NCBI GenBank assembly: GCA_045047095.1
Contig: JASFYS010000046.1
Coordinates: forward strand, 1 to 60,211
Direction of reading: 5' to 3'
Length of the DNA stretch: 60,211 bases
Origin: Desulfuromusa sp.
GTDB taxonomy: Bacteria; Desulfobacterota; Desulfuromonadia; Desulfuromonadales; Geopsychrobacteraceae
The stretch's first letter is position 1, and each line of letters begins with the position of its first letter. Below the pieces are notes generated by a model, which was not told where the DNA came from, ran no database searches, and saw nothing but the letters and a program-made list of their open reading frames with translations. Both the position numbers and the translations under genes were made by a program. This document shows positions 50,633-60,211 of the stretch, piece after piece.

Positions 50633-51408
50633 GTCTCTGCCTTCCTGAGAAGATAGATCAGGCCGGCTACCCCGAACAAGATCATCGGCAGCGATAGCAG
50701 TTGTCCCATCGTCGCCCCTCCCCAGAGGAAACCGAGCTGCTCATCGGGCTGGCGCACAAATTCAATCAGAAAACGAAATATTCCATACACAAAAACAAAA
50801 CTAAAAGCAGGAATGCCAGGACGAACCCCGAAACGGTGCAGCAGATAAATCAAAATAAACAGAACTATTCCTTCAAGACCTGCTTCGTAGAGCTGGCTCG
50901 GGTGACGTGGTAATGATCCCCCATTAGGGAAAATGATTCCCCAAGGTTGTTCGGTCACCCTCCCCCAAAGTTCAGAATTAATAAAATTTCCGATCCGTCC
51001 AAAACCAAGGCCAATTGGTACTGCAGCGACAGCCAAATCGGCAATCAGGAGAAGAGGCAATTTACGGATCCGACAAAAAATCAATAGGACAATCAGAACT
51101 CCAAGCAATCCCCCATGAAAACTCATCCCCCCTTCCCAGACGTAAAAGATTTTCAGCGGATGATTTACATAATAGCTGGTGTTATAAAACAAGGTATACC
51201 CGAGTCGGCCACCAAGAACAACACCAAGAACTGCGTAGAATAACAGGTCAGAAATAAGTTCTTTTTTAATCGGCAGCGACCGTAGTTTGACGATATGACA
51301 CATCATGAAGTAGCCACCAACAAAACCCAGCAGATACATCATCCCGTACCACCGAACAGCAAGTGAGCCGATGCTGAAAATAACTGGATCAATCTGTGGA
51401 AAAATCAT
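50629..51408 (-). CDS. lgt: Prolipoprotein diacylglyceryl transferase
   Basis: RWYG, GGRLGY, GGMSFHGG, GRIGNFIN, HPSQLYE. Confidence 0.96.
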   Translation of the reverse strand: MIFPQIDPVIFSIGSLAVRWYGMMYLLGFVGGYFMMCHIVKLRSLPIKKELISDLLFYAVLGVVLGGRLGYTLFYNTSYYVNHPLKIFYVWEGGMSFHGGLLGVLIVLLIFCRIRKLPLLLIADLAVAAVPIGLGFGRIGNFINSELWGRVTEQPWGIIFPNGGSLPRHPSQLYEAGLEGIVLFILIYLLHRFGVRPGIPAFSFVFVYGIFRFLIEFVRQPDEQLGFLWGGATMGQLLSLPMILFGVAGLIYLLRKAET

Positions 51409-52331
51409 CGGGCTATCTTTCTAAGTAGAGTCAAAATATTTTCCATATCCTCGGGGACAGGAGCTGAAAAGATCATATCATGATTAAGCACAGGATGACG
51501 AAAAGCAAGTTTTTCAGCATGCAATAGCGGTCGTAAAACTTTAACATCACAAATCTCCCTAGCTCCCCCGTAGCGCTGATCGCCGACCAGTGGACAACCC
51601 TGTTCCGCCATGTGAGCTCGGATTTGATGAGAACGACCTGTTAATATTTCAATATTCATCAAGGAATAATTCCCCAGAGTTTCAACTAGCTGAAACCTGG
51701 TAATCGCCTCCTTGCCACCCTTCTCAACTGATTTGACACGGTTTTCCTTTCTGGATCGAGCCAAAAATGATCTAATTTCGCCCTTATTTAATTCCGGAGC
51801 ACCATGAACCAAAGCAAGATAATTTTTCTTGGCTTCGTGTTCCATAAAAGTCCGGGTCATTTCCTTATGCGCTCGAGGATGAATTGAAAAAACAATGACC
51901 CCAGAGGTTCCTCTGTCCAAACGCTGGATCATCCCTATTTCAGCTTTTTGATGCAACCGAAAAGGATCCTTCAGGTGCCATTGAAGCGCTTCAAACAAGG
52001 TTCCTTTGAAGCGCGCATGGGTTGGTTGTGTATCCACGAGAGCAGGTTTATTTAAAACAATGATATATTGATCCTGAAACAGAATACCCGGCTCGATAAT
52101 CCGAAAGGGATCTAAAGACAACTGATCAATGTAAACTTCCACCGAATCACCAAGTTGAACCGGTGACGAGCTGCTTCTAACTCTGCGGCCATTGACATGA
52201 ACCCCACCGATGTCAATAATTTTTTTGGCCAGAGTCCGGGATAACTCGATAGAAGCAGCAGCCAGGTATTGATCAAGCCTCAATCCAACCTGTTTAAGAG
52301 TCACCTGTAAGCGATGGATTGTCCATTTCAT
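51405..52331 (-). CDS. RluA-family pseudouridine synthase with S4 domain
   Basis: RLDQYL, LNKPA, QRLDRGTSG, TGRSHQIRAH, GDQRYG. Confidence 0.9.
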   Translation of the reverse strand: MKWTIHRLQVTLKQVGLRLDQYLAAASIELSRTLAKKIIDIGGVHVNGRRVRSSSSPVQLGDSVEVYIDQLSLDPFRIIEPGILFQDQYIIVLNKPALVDTQPTHARFKGTLFEALQWHLKDPFRLHQKAEIGMIQRLDRGTSGVIVFSIHPRAHKEMTRTFMEHEAKKNYLALVHGAPELNKGEIRSFLARSRKENRVKSVEKGGKEAITRFQLVETLGNYSLMNIEILTGRSHQIRAHMAEQGCPLVGDQRYGGAREICDVKVLRPLLHAEKLAFRHPVLNHDMIFSAPVPEDMENILTLLRKIAR

Positions 52332-52385
52332 CAGCTTAAATGTCCATTTATTGCAATATTACATTCATTAAATTTAATTTTTTTC

Positions 52386-52413
52386 TTGACTTAATTTCTG
52401 AAATTGCTAGTAT
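52386..52413 (+). promoter_or_regulatory. Sigma70-type promoter for the 6S RNA
   Basis: TTGACT (52386-91), 16-nt spacer, TAGTAT preceded by TG (extended -10). Confidence 0.5.
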
Positions 52414-52435
52414 GAAATCACAGTATAGATCTTTG

Positions 52436-52615
52436 AATTTCTGGGGTGTGCGGCTTGGTTCTGATTCCTTGACCAACATTTTTACTGACCTGTCATTACG
52501 TGAAAAGATGGTGTGCAAGCCTGTCCACGAGCAGGACGTCTAAAGTTTTTTCCGTAGACAAAATTTTTGTTCAGGTCATTCGTAAAGAATCATACCGGCA
52601 TCCCGGAGACATTCC
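52436..52615 (+). ncRNA. ssrS: 6S RNA (ends approximate)
   Basis: About 180 nt with paired ends (CTGGGGTG/CATCCCGG; CGGCTTGGTTCT/AGAATCATACCG). Segments CCTTGACCAACATTT, GGTGTGCAAG and GGCATCCCGGAGA resemble 6S RNA. Has its own promoter and terminator. Confidence 0.75.
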
Positions 52616-52617
52616 AT

Positions 52618-52660
52618 AAAAAAGGCTCTGAAATAATTTCAGAGCCTTTTTCTTTTTTTT
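52618..52660. terminator. Bidirectional terminator between 6S RNA and ihfB
   Basis: AAAAAGGCTCTGAAA-TAA-TTTCAGAGCCTTTTT, with an A run on one side and a T run on the other. Confidence 0.8.
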
Positions 52661-52678
52661 ACTTCATAGCTTCTTGTA

Positions 52679-52957
52679 CTACTCATCAACCCGATCACGC
52701 AGTTCCTTACCGGTTTTAAAAAATGGTGTTTTGCGTGATGGAATTTTGACGAGCTCACCGCTTTTGGGGTTCCGCGCTTCGCGAGCATCACGTTCACGAA
52801 CGGAGAAAGAGCCAAATCCACGAATTTCAACCCGATCTCCTTGAGCAAGAGCCTTGCCGATTCCACCAAAAATCAGATTAATAACAGTTTCAGCGTCTTT
52901 TTTGTTAAGAATTTCGTGTCCCTCAAAGAGTTGCTCTATCAATTCACTTTTTGTCAT
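52679..52957 (-). CDS. ihfB: Integration host factor beta subunit
   Basis: MTKSELIE, RVEIRGFGSF, ARNPKSG, FKTGKELR (alternative ATG at 52960). Confidence 0.92.
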   Translation of the reverse strand: MTKSELIEQLFEGHEILNKKDAETVINLIFGGIGKALAQGDRVEIRGFGSFSVRERDAREARNPKSGELVKIPSRKTPFFKTGKELRDRVDE

Positions 52958-52992
52958 CATTACCTTCCACAGATCTTAATATTTATAAGCAA

Positions 52993-53883
52993 TCAGTAGT
53001 TATTCAAGAGATATTGTGGTCCGATTAATTTTCTGCCACTGAGATTAACTCCAAGATAACGACTCACAGCATTCTTAAAATATCGATCAATCAAATTTAT
53101 CCTTTCCGGCTCCGGATAAACCAAGCTGGGTTCATCATCAATCCCAGCCGCTTTAGCAGCATACTTGATTGCATCGTTCAAAGTCCCAATTTCATCAATC
53201 AAGCCTATATCTTTAGCCTGACGTCCGGTAAAAATCCGGCCATCAACAAACGGTTGTAGTCTTTCTATCGACATCTTTCGGCCAGCACTAATGGCTTCAA
53301 CAAACTGCAGATGAACATCATCAATCATCCCTTGCAGCAACGCACGATCAGCTGGTAAAAATTCCCGGGTTGATGAACCAATATCTTTAAATCGCCCGCT
53401 TTTTACAACCTCTGTGTATATCCCAATTTTCCCCATTAACTCCTGATAGTTGGGAAACGACATAATAACCCCAATGCTCCCGGTTATTGTGCCTGGATTT
53501 GCAAATATTCGTTCTCCGGCAACGGCAAGATAATAACCACCTGAAGCAGCTACAGAACCCATCGAGATAATCAATGGCTTTTTTTGGGCGAGTTGTTTTA
53601 ATTCAGCATAAATTTCCTGTGATGGTCCGGCACCGCCACCGGGGGAATCAATTCTGAGAACAACTGCTTTAATGTTACGATGATCACGAAATTCAACGAT
53701 CTGTTCGATCATACGACGACCGTCGACAATAGTACCTTTGACTTCAAGGATACCAACTTTGTCACCGACAGAAACAACAACTGAACCCGCGTTGAACAGT
53801 CCTGCAGTAAGAACAACCAGTAGAAAAAATAAGAAGATTCCACCAACTGTTAGAGATGCTAGTAAAAAGGGGCGTTTCTTCAT
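52993..53883 (-). CDS. sppA: Signal peptide peptidase SppA (S49, 36K type)
   Basis: RIDSPGG, AASGGYY, TGSIGV, DGRIFTG. Confidence 0.92.
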   Translation of the reverse strand: MKKRPFLLASLTVGGIFLFFLLVVLTAGLFNAGSVVVSVGDKVGILEVKGTIVDGRRMIEQIVEFRDHRNIKAVVLRIDSPGGGAGPSQEIYAELKQLAQKKPLIISMGSVAASGGYYLAVAGERIFANPGTITGSIGVIMSFPNYQELMGKIGIYTEVVKSGRFKDIGSSTREFLPADRALLQGMIDDVHLQFVEAISAGRKMSIERLQPFVDGRIFTGRQAKDIGLIDEIGTLNDAIKYAAKAAGIDDEPSLVYPEPERINLIDRYFKNAVSRYLGVNLSGRKLIGPQYLLNNY

Positions 53884-53893
53884 TTCAACCATT

Positions 53894-53926
53894 AAAAAAG
53901 GGGCTCCCAGTATATGAGGAGCCCCT
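53894..53926 (-). terminator. Terminator after rpsA
   Basis: AGGGGCTCC/GGAGCCCCT stem followed by T6 on the minus strand. Confidence 0.65.
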
Positions 53927-53945
53927 GTTCAAGTTCATCAATAAA

Positions 53946-55664
53946 TTAATCTTCAGTTTTACGATCCATGGCACCTTGGAGCAAATCACCAAAGTTTGAT
54001 GTTGCTTTTTTCTGCGCACCCATGAATTCGTTAACTTCCGCTTTTTCTTTTTGAACATCAAGATTTTTGATTGACAGAGCAATTTTACGATCAACTGTAT
54101 CAACTTGCAGAACCCCTGCCTCAAGTTCAGCACCAACTTCAGTGAAATCTTTCGGGCTGTCGATCTTTTCCTTGCTCAATTCTGAAACATGAATCAGACC
54201 TTCAATCCCCTCTTCAAGCTCAATAAAGATACCAAAATCAGTTATTGACGTGACTTTACCCTTCACAATAGTTCCGCGTGCATATCGTGTAGGAACCGTC
54301 TCCCAGGGATCAGTGCTCAGTTGCTTCAAGCCCAGGGAAAAACGCTCATTATCGCGATCAATGTTCAAGACAACAGCCTTAACCAGATCACCTTTTTTAT
54401 AAGCCTCTGAAGGATGTTTGATCCGCTTAGTCCAGGATAGGTCAGAGATATGCACCAAACCGTCGATTCCCTCATCAACACCGACAAAGATACCGAAATC
54501 GGTAATATTTTTAACCTGTCCCTCAATGATGGTGCCGATCGGGAATTTCTCGCCAATAACATCCCAGGGATTCGGCTCAATCTGCTTCAATCCAAGAGAA
54601 ATACGACGATTATCGGTATCAAGTGCCAATACAATTGATTCAACATCGTCACCGATTGAAAGAACTTTATTCGGGTGCTTAACCCGTTTGGTCCAACTCA
54701 TCTCAGAAACATGAATCAGGCCTTCAACGCCCTCTTCAAGCTCAATAAATGCGCCGTAATCAGTCAAACTTACAACCTTACCGGTCACCTTGGTCTCGAT
54801 CGGGTATTTGGCTGCAACATCCAACCATGGATCCGGAGCAATCTGCTTCAGCCCCAGAGAAACCCGCTCTTTTTCTTTATCGAATTTCAGCACTTTGACA
54901 TTAATTTTGTCACCAACCGCCAGGATATCTGATGGGTGTTTAACCCGTCCCCAAGACATGTCAGTTATATGCAATAAGCCGTCAATACCACCAAGGTCAA
55001 TAAATGCACCATAGTCAGTCAGGTTCTTAACGATACCCTCAATAACTTGACCTTCTTCAAGTGTTTTCAAGGTGTCACTACGATGTGATTCACGCTCGGT
55101 TTCGAGGAGAACCCGTCGCGACAGGACAATATTTCCACGGCGTTTGTTCAGCTTGATAATTTTGAAATCATAGATTTGCCCGATCACTTTATCCAGATTA
55201 CGTACTGGACGCAGATCAACTTGAGATCCCGGCAAGAAAGCATTAACACCGATGTCAACTGAGAGCCCACCTTTAATACGGCTGAGAATTTTACCTTCAA
55301 CCACAGCGTCTTCTTCCAGAGAATTCCAGATCTTCTGCCGATCAGCTTTCTCCTTGGAGAGAACAATCAGACCACTGTCACTTTCACCACCACCGAACAG
55401 GACATCATATACGTCACCTACCTTGACGTTGATTTCCCCTTTTTCGTCAGCAAACTCACGGAGAGGGATAACCCCTTCCGACTTGTAACCAACGTCTACC
55501 ACAACTGAGTCAGGGTTCACCTGAACAATTGTTCCTTCTACGACGTCATTTCGCTTCAATTCAAAGCCGCCCTGCTCATAGTCCTTCAGCAGTTCTTCAA
55601 AGCTTTCCTCGCCGTCCTGCAGTTCCATTTCTTCTTCGTCTTGCATGTCTTTATCTTCTACCAT
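53946..55664 (-). CDS. rpsA: 30S ribosomal protein S1
   Basis: Repeated S1 domains (DGLLHITDMSW, EGLIHVSEMSW, DGLVHISDLSW). Confidence 0.97.
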   Translation of the reverse strand: MVEDKDMQDEEEMELQDGEESFEELLKDYEQGGFELKRNDVVEGTIVQVNPDSVVVDVGYKSEGVIPLREFADEKGEINVKVGDVYDVLFGGGESDSGLIVLSKEKADRQKIWNSLEEDAVVEGKILSRIKGGLSVDIGVNAFLPGSQVDLRPVRNLDKVIGQIYDFKIIKLNKRRGNIVLSRRVLLETERESHRSDTLKTLEEGQVIEGIVKNLTDYGAFIDLGGIDGLLHITDMSWGRVKHPSDILAVGDKINVKVLKFDKEKERVSLGLKQIAPDPWLDVAAKYPIETKVTGKVVSLTDYGAFIELEEGVEGLIHVSEMSWTKRVKHPNKVLSIGDDVESIVLALDTDNRRISLGLKQIEPNPWDVIGEKFPIGTIIEGQVKNITDFGIFVGVDEGIDGLVHISDLSWTKRIKHPSEAYKKGDLVKAVVLNIDRDNERFSLGLKQLSTDPWETVPTRYARGTIVKGKVTSITDFGIFIELEEGIEGLIHVSELSKEKIDSPKDFTEVGAELEAGVLQVDTVDRKIALSIKNLDVQKEKAEVNEFMGAQKKATSNFGDLLQGAMDRKTED

Positions 55665-55698
55665 TGGAGATGTGACCCCCTTACGAATTTCCCGACGC

Positions 55699-55900
55699 CT
55701 TGCGACGGCGGACTCAGATCTGGATCAGTGTGTGGGCGACTGAATAAGAGCGTAAGTGCTTGGGTTGAATAAGTGTTTCAAAAATCTTAGCTGCACCAAA
55801 AGGTTCAGCGGTGATTTTTGAGGCGCTTAAGCAATCCAATAACTTGTGCTATTAACTGTCGATCCGCTCACTGATTCAGGTCAAATTGAGACTGCGCAAG
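55699..55900 (+). other. ~200-nt rod-like imperfect hairpin in the cmk-rpsA intergenic region
   Basis: Nested stems 55717-30/55869-82, 55749-57/55842-50, 55760-67/55832-39, 55770-86/55813-29 and an AAAA apical loop; non-canonical pairs are G-U on the + strand. Confidence 0.6.
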
Positions 55901-55955
55901 TTAGCACAGCCCTTGAGAAAAAACAAACCAATATTTATCAGGCAGTTATTCTCTT

Positions 55956-56639
55956 TTAACCGGCAACTTCTGCTTCTTTATTCCGGACGATAAGAAACAT
56001 TTTCTGAAGAACCTCATCTATCGATAAATGGGTTGAATCGACCACGACAGCATCATCCGCCTGCTTTAGTGGAGCATAAGTTCTGGCGGTATCTACGGCA
56101 TCACGTGCCTCGACCTCAGAAATCGTTTGTTGCAGGTCAACAGCAAGCCCCTGCTGCCGTAACTCCTCATAACGCCGCTGCCCTCTTTCTGCTGCCGTTG
56201 CCGAAAGAAAAAATTTAATGTCGGCGTAAGGAAAGACAACTGTGCCGACATCCCGCCCCTCCAGAACAACTCCACCACCCTCTCCCATTTTTCTCTGCAG
56301 CAACATCATCGCCTCACGTACTGCAGGGTTTGCCGCAACCTGCGCGGTCAACAGACTGACCTCCGGAGTCCGGATCGCAGCAGAGACATCGAGATCATTG
56401 ACCAGCACCCGATCCACACCATCACCGTAGACAAGCTTGATTGACATTGTAGAGCAGAGTTTTTTGAGGGCAGCCGTATCCTTGGGATCAATGTTTTGTT
56501 CTCCAGCGAGGAGGGCAACGGAGCGATACATGGCACCGGTATCGATATTCAGATAGCCGAGTTTTTCAGCTAGAGCTTTGCTCAGAGTGCTTTTACCCGC
56601 TCCGGAGGGGCCATCAATGGCAATAATCAATTTCTTCAA
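55956..56639 (-). CDS. cmk: Cytidylate kinase
   Basis: IDGPSGAGKST, DTGAMYR, EGRDVGTVVFP. Confidence 0.95.
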   Translation of the reverse strand: MKKLIIAIDGPSGAGKSTLSKALAEKLGYLNIDTGAMYRSVALLAGEQNIDPKDTAALKKLCSTMSIKLVYGDGVDRVLVNDLDVSAAIRTPEVSLLTAQVAANPAVREAMMLLQRKMGEGGGVVLEGRDVGTVVFPYADIKFFLSATAAERGQRRYEELRQQGLAVDLQQTISEVEARDAVDTARTYAPLKQADDAVVVDSTHLSIDEVLQKMFLIVRNKEAEVAG

Positions 56640-56641
56640 GT

Positions 56642-57946
56642 CTAACGATCCTTCCCAATCAAAGTTAACAGATCCCAGAATCCGGGGAAAGATGTCTCGG
56701 TACAGGCGGTATCAGCAATCTCAACATTGCCCTCTGCTGCCAGTGCAGCAACGGCCAGACTCATGGCAATCCGGTGATCCCCAAAGGAATTGACTCGACC
56801 ACCAGAAAGGGGCTGCCAGCCGGTGATCACCATACCGTCTTCGCGAGGCTCAATGACACCACCCAGAGCGCCAAGGGTTTCGCACATGGCAGCAATCCGG
56901 TCTGTTTCCTTGACCCGCAACTCTTTGGCATCCCGGATTATTGTTGTTCCACTGGCAAAAGCGGCTGCCACACTGACTACCGGGAATTCATCAATCGCCC
57001 GGGGGATCAGCTCACCGCCGATCTCTATACCGTGCAGGGAGCTGCTCTTAACCAACAGATCGGCAACCGGTTCCCCTGACAGTTCACGCTGGTTGGTCAG
57101 TTCAATTGAGCCCCCCATCTGTTGTAAAATGTCGATCACCCCACAGCGGGTCGGGTTGACACCAACACTCTTTAATAACAGTTCAGACCCCGGCACAATC
57201 AGTCCGGCGACCAGAAAGAATGCAGCAGAGGAGATATCACCCGGAACCTCAATATCTTGTCCCGTCAACGCAACCCGCCCGGTGACTCTGGCTCCGCCGG
57301 AAAAAGATTCCAGTTCAGCACCAAAATAGCGGAGCATCCTCTCACTATGGTCCCGCGAGAGGTGAGGTTCATAGACAGTCGTGGTCCCTTCAACCTGCAT
57401 CCCGGCAAGCAACACTGCCGACTTCACCTGGGCACTGGCAATCGGTGAATGATATTCAGTCGGATGTAATCCACCCCCATCAATCGCCAGCGGCGCTTTG
57501 GAATGATCTTCCCGCCCCAAAATTTTTGCCCCCATCTCGGACAACGGACCGATCACCCGCCCCATTGGCCGTTTCCGCAAATATTGATCACCGGTCAGGA
57601 CCGAGAAAAACGGTTGTGCCGCCAGAATGCCGCTCATCAAACGCATGGTTGTCCCGGAGTTGCCACAATCAACGACATCCGTCGGCTCACGCAAACCATC
57701 CAGACCACGTCCATGGACAATTAATTCATCAGCACCAGCCTCAACAACCTCAATTCCCAGACTTTTAAATGCCTGCATGGTTGAGAGGCAGTCCTCGCCG
57801 CGTAACAAGCCGCGAATGCGACTGTTCCCTTGCGCCAGAGAGGCAAACATGATCGCCCGATGAGAAATCGATTTATCCCCGGGAACAATAATTTCTCCCC
57901 GCAATCCGGCTGCAGGGACAACAGTTCTGGATTTTATTTTATGCAT
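56642..57946 (-). CDS. aroA: EPSP synthase
   Basis: [39 protein letters not shown]. Confidence 0.97.
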   Translation of the reverse strand: MHKIKSRTVVPAAGLRGEIIVPGDKSISHRAIMFASLAQGNSRIRGLLRGEDCLSTMQAFKSLGIEVVEAGADELIVHGRGLDGLREPTDVVDCGNSGTTMRLMSGILAAQPFFSVLTGDQYLRKRPMGRVIGPLSEMGAKILGREDHSKAPLAIDGGGLHPTEYHSPIASAQVKSAVLLAGMQVEGTTTVYEPHLSRDHSERMLRYFGAELESFSGGARVTGRVALTGQDIEVPGDISSAAFFLVAGLIVPGSELLLKSVGVNPTRCGVIDILQQMGGSIELTNQRELSGEPVADLLVKSSSLHGIEIGGELIPRAIDEFPVVSVAAAFASGTTIIRDAKELRVKETDRIAAMCETLGALGGVIEPREDGMVITGWQPLSGGRVNSFGDHRIAMSLAVAALAAEGNVEIADTACTETSFPGFWDLLTLIGKDR

Positions 57947-58096
57947 CAGAGTGATCCTCTATATCAACAAACAGAGTATTCCGGGGACAGGTACCCTTCG
58001 TATCCCCGGAATACGGATGAGTAAATTCAAGCAATATCTTAGTAAACTCGGGACTGTCCCGAATGGCGCTAGTTTAAGCAATATTGTAGTAAATTC

Positions 58097-58206
58097 GGGA
58101 CTGTCCCCGGGTTCATCGGGGGCTGTCCCAAGAAGTTTACGGTCCATGAAACAGCAGTGGTTCGCACCGCAAAAGCCTGGGACAGCCCCCATGCGGGGAC
58201 AGTCCC
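58097..58206. repeat. GGGACWGTCCC-bounded REP-like element, copy 2, within a composite repeat region (57976-58235)
   Basis: Inverted copy of 31689-31797. Its left end completes a 32-bp direct repeat (58029-58060 vs 58076-58107); also flanked by a GTATTCCGGGGA hairpin and three TWAACCT-like heptamers. Confidence 0.8.
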
Positions 58207-58238
58207 GTTTTTGCTGAACCTTTAACCTTTAACCTTTT

Positions 58239-59108
58239 TTATAATATGGCGTCACGCAGCTGCTTCGACCGGAGAAAGAATTCAAACAGTTTGTCGCCAT
58301 TTCCTTCAGCAATATCTTCTTTCAACTCTGCAAGAGAACTTTCAAACTGCGCAATCATCTCCAGCAACGCCTCACGATTGGTTTCGGCCACATCACGCCA
58401 CATGGTGGGATCAGAAGAGGCTATCCGGGTAAAATCACGAAACCCGCCGGCAGAATATTCAAGAATATTTTCCTCATAATGGTCGTAGGAACCCACCGCA
58501 TTAACCAGAGAATAAGCCACCATATGGGGCAGATGACTGATCGCAGCAAGAACTTTATCATGCTTCTCGCAACCCATCTCCACAACATTGCTGCCGACAG
58601 CCGTCCACATCTGTCTAATCAGTTCAAGAGCCTGAGAATCGGTATTGTCAGTCGGGGTCAGAATGCAACGCTTTTCTTGATACAGAGTTGGAAACGCGGC
58701 CTCAACACCGCTGTTCTCAGTGCCGGCAATCGGGTGACCGGGGACAAAATGGATCCCCTCCGGCAATAGGGGTTCAATTTTTCTGACCACATCCCCCTTG
58801 ACACTGCCACCATCGGTCAGAATCGCTCCCGGTTTTAATCCCGATAGACACTGCTGTGTCACCAGTTCCAGGGTCTTAACCGGGGTCGCCAGAAAGACCA
58901 CATCGGCATCCTTAACCGCTTCGGCAGGATCACGTTGATAAGAATCGATCACCCCAAGTTCAAGCGCTTTCTCCAGGTTTGGCTTCCCCCGTCCGCAACC
59001 GACCACTTCACCGACTACACCCGCCTGTTTCAGTGCCAGAGCAAGTGACCCGCCAATCAAGCCGACACCGATGATCGCTAACCGTGGAATCAAAACGTTA
59101 TCAGCCAT
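58239..59108 (-). CDS. tyrA: Prephenate/arogenate dehydrogenase
   Basis: GVGLIGGSLA, DGGSVK, GHPIAGTE, SHLPH, GFRDFTRIA. Confidence 0.92.
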   Translation of the reverse strand: MADNVLIPRLAIIGVGLIGGSLALALKQAGVVGEVVGCGRGKPNLEKALELGVIDSYQRDPAEAVKDADVVFLATPVKTLELVTQQCLSGLKPGAILTDGGSVKGDVVRKIEPLLPEGIHFVPGHPIAGTENSGVEAAFPTLYQEKRCILTPTDNTDSQALELIRQMWTAVGSNVVEMGCEKHDKVLAAISHLPHMVAYSLVNAVGSYDHYEENILEYSAGGFRDFTRIASSDPTMWRDVAETNREALLEMIAQFESSLAELKEDIAEGNGDKLFEFFLRSKQLRDAIL

Positions 59109-60207
59109 GACTGTTTTCCCCTGTCACACTTTCATCTCTGGCGATCGGGTAAGCACCAAGAATTTTGAGGAAATGGCAGTGTCCCCGCAACTCTTCGATG
59201 GCCGCCGAAATTTCCGGGTCATCAATGTGACCGATCAAATCAAGGAAGAAAATATATTCCCAGGCTTTCTGTTTCATCGGCCGACTCTCGATCTTGGCCA
59301 GGTTGATCTCCCGCTTGCTGAACGGTTCGAGCATCCGGTAGAGGATTCCCGGCTCATCTTTAACGCTGAACATGATCGAGGTTTTATCGGCACCGCTCTT
59401 TTCCGGGGTTTTCTTGCCGATCACCAGAAACCGGGTGAAGTTATGGGGATTATCTTCAATCTTCGCCTTAACTACCTGCAGATCATACTGCACCGCAGCG
59501 GCCTGACTGGCGATCGCCGCCACCGATCCATCTTCAGCGGCCATCTGTGCTGCAGCAGCCGTGCTGGCAACATCGAGAAGGGGCATATCGGGCATATTGG
59601 TTTCGAGCCAGTGGCGACATTGCGCTAGAGGTTGCGGGTGAGAAACAATTTTACTGATTTTTTCGATAGTTCCAGATTTAGAGAGAAGATTATGGGAAAT
59701 TTCCAGCATAATTTCAGCGATCATCTGCAATTCAGAATCAAAAAACATATCCAGAGTGTGATTCACCACCCCCTCGGTCGAATTTTCCACCGGAACCACC
59801 CCATATTGAGCGCGACCCCGTTCAACTTCTTCAAACACGGCAGGAATACTTTTCAGGGGAACCAGCTGTGCAGAGAGACCGAATTGCACCATTGCTGCCA
59901 TGTGGGTAAATGTCGATTGCGGCCCAAGAAACGCAACCTGCATCGGTTTTTCCATATTCAGCGATGCCGAAATGATTTCCCGAAAAACTTTACACACCGC
60001 ATCATTAGGAAAAGGGCCGGAATTCTGCCCGATCAGCCGTTCATAAATAGCTTTTTCCCGGCTAGGGACATAGAAAGTTTTTGCACTCCCCTCCTTCGCC
60101 TTCCCCACCGACACCACCACCTCGGCACGTTGATTCAGTAGATCAAGAATCTGATCATCGACCTGATCAATTTGTTGACGTAATTTGCTTAAATCTTTAT
60201 CTGTCAT
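59101..60207 (-). CDS. pheA: Chorismate mutase / prephenate dehydratase (P-protein)
   Basis: LRQQIDQVD chorismate mutase domain, PVENSTEG, SHPQ, NFTRF, IESRP. Confidence 0.95.
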   Translation of the reverse strand: MTDKDLSKLRQQIDQVDDQILDLLNQRAEVVVSVGKAKEGSAKTFYVPSREKAIYERLIGQNSGPFPNDAVCKVFREIISASLNMEKPMQVAFLGPQSTFTHMAAMVQFGLSAQLVPLKSIPAVFEEVERGRAQYGVVPVENSTEGVVNHTLDMFFDSELQMIAEIMLEISHNLLSKSGTIEKISKIVSHPQPLAQCRHWLETNMPDMPLLDVASTAAAAQMAAEDGSVAAIASQAAAVQYDLQVVKAKIEDNPHNFTRFLVIGKKTPEKSGADKTSIMFSVKDEPGILYRMLEPFSKREINLAKIESRPMKQKAWEYIFFLDLIGHIDDPEISAAIEELRGHCHFLKILGAYPIARDESVTGENSHG

Positions 60208-60211
60208 AAGA

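Noticed and set aside
52340-52543. 67-aa ORF
   Set aside because: Overlaps the 6S RNA and its promoter; no recognisable motif
55699-55906. Integron attC site interpretation of the G-T-biased hairpin
   Set aside because: No matching RYYYAAC/GTTRRRY pair at both ends, and no integrase or cassette array
57951-58217. ORFs 57951..58217(+) and 57959..58192(-)
   Set aside because: They are translations of the palindromic repeat (GTVP/GLSP/GDSP words) with no protein-family features
56774-60141. Long antisense ORFs opposite aroA and pheA (e.g. 56790..57329, 59071..59628, 59632..60141)
   Set aside because: Typical antisense shadows of conserved genes, with no motifs

Overview
A mostly minus-strand chromosomal window. 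Gene order and content suggest a Desulfuromonadales/Geobacteraceae-like deltaproteobacterium; this is an inference. From left to right it contains: a HEPN-MNT toxin-antitoxin pair; a doubly frameshifted comEA; an LPS sugar/glycosyltransferase cluster (fcl, gmd, GT10, a low-GC Wzy/ligase, wbpE/D/B-like genes, two GT4, ELM1-like); the lipid A/OM-biogenesis operon (lpxK, waaA, msbA, lpxB, lpxA, fabZ, lpxD, skp, bamA, lolD/E, lysS); mutM; and a peptide ABC operon interrupted by a stand-alone MshEN protein. The most unusual part is 36.2-49.5 kb. It holds (i) a four-gene operon in which a small membrane protein and an SLC5/SSF transporter-STAC-GAF-PP2C phosphatase fusion sit with a STAS anti-anti-sigma and an RsbW-like kinase, i.e. 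a candidate transporter-sensed partner-switching pathway, and (ii) a sigma54 two-component system divergent from a tetraheme c/4x[4Fe-4S]/NrfD/12-heme cytochrome operon, with a readable -24/-12 promoter and three phased enhancer-like sites. The right end carries lgt, rluA, a 6S RNA, ihfB, sppA, rpsA, a ~200-nt strand-biased hairpin, cmk, aroA, tyrA and pheA. GGGACWGTCCC-bounded REP-like repeats occur at two sites (31.7 kb and 58.1 kb).
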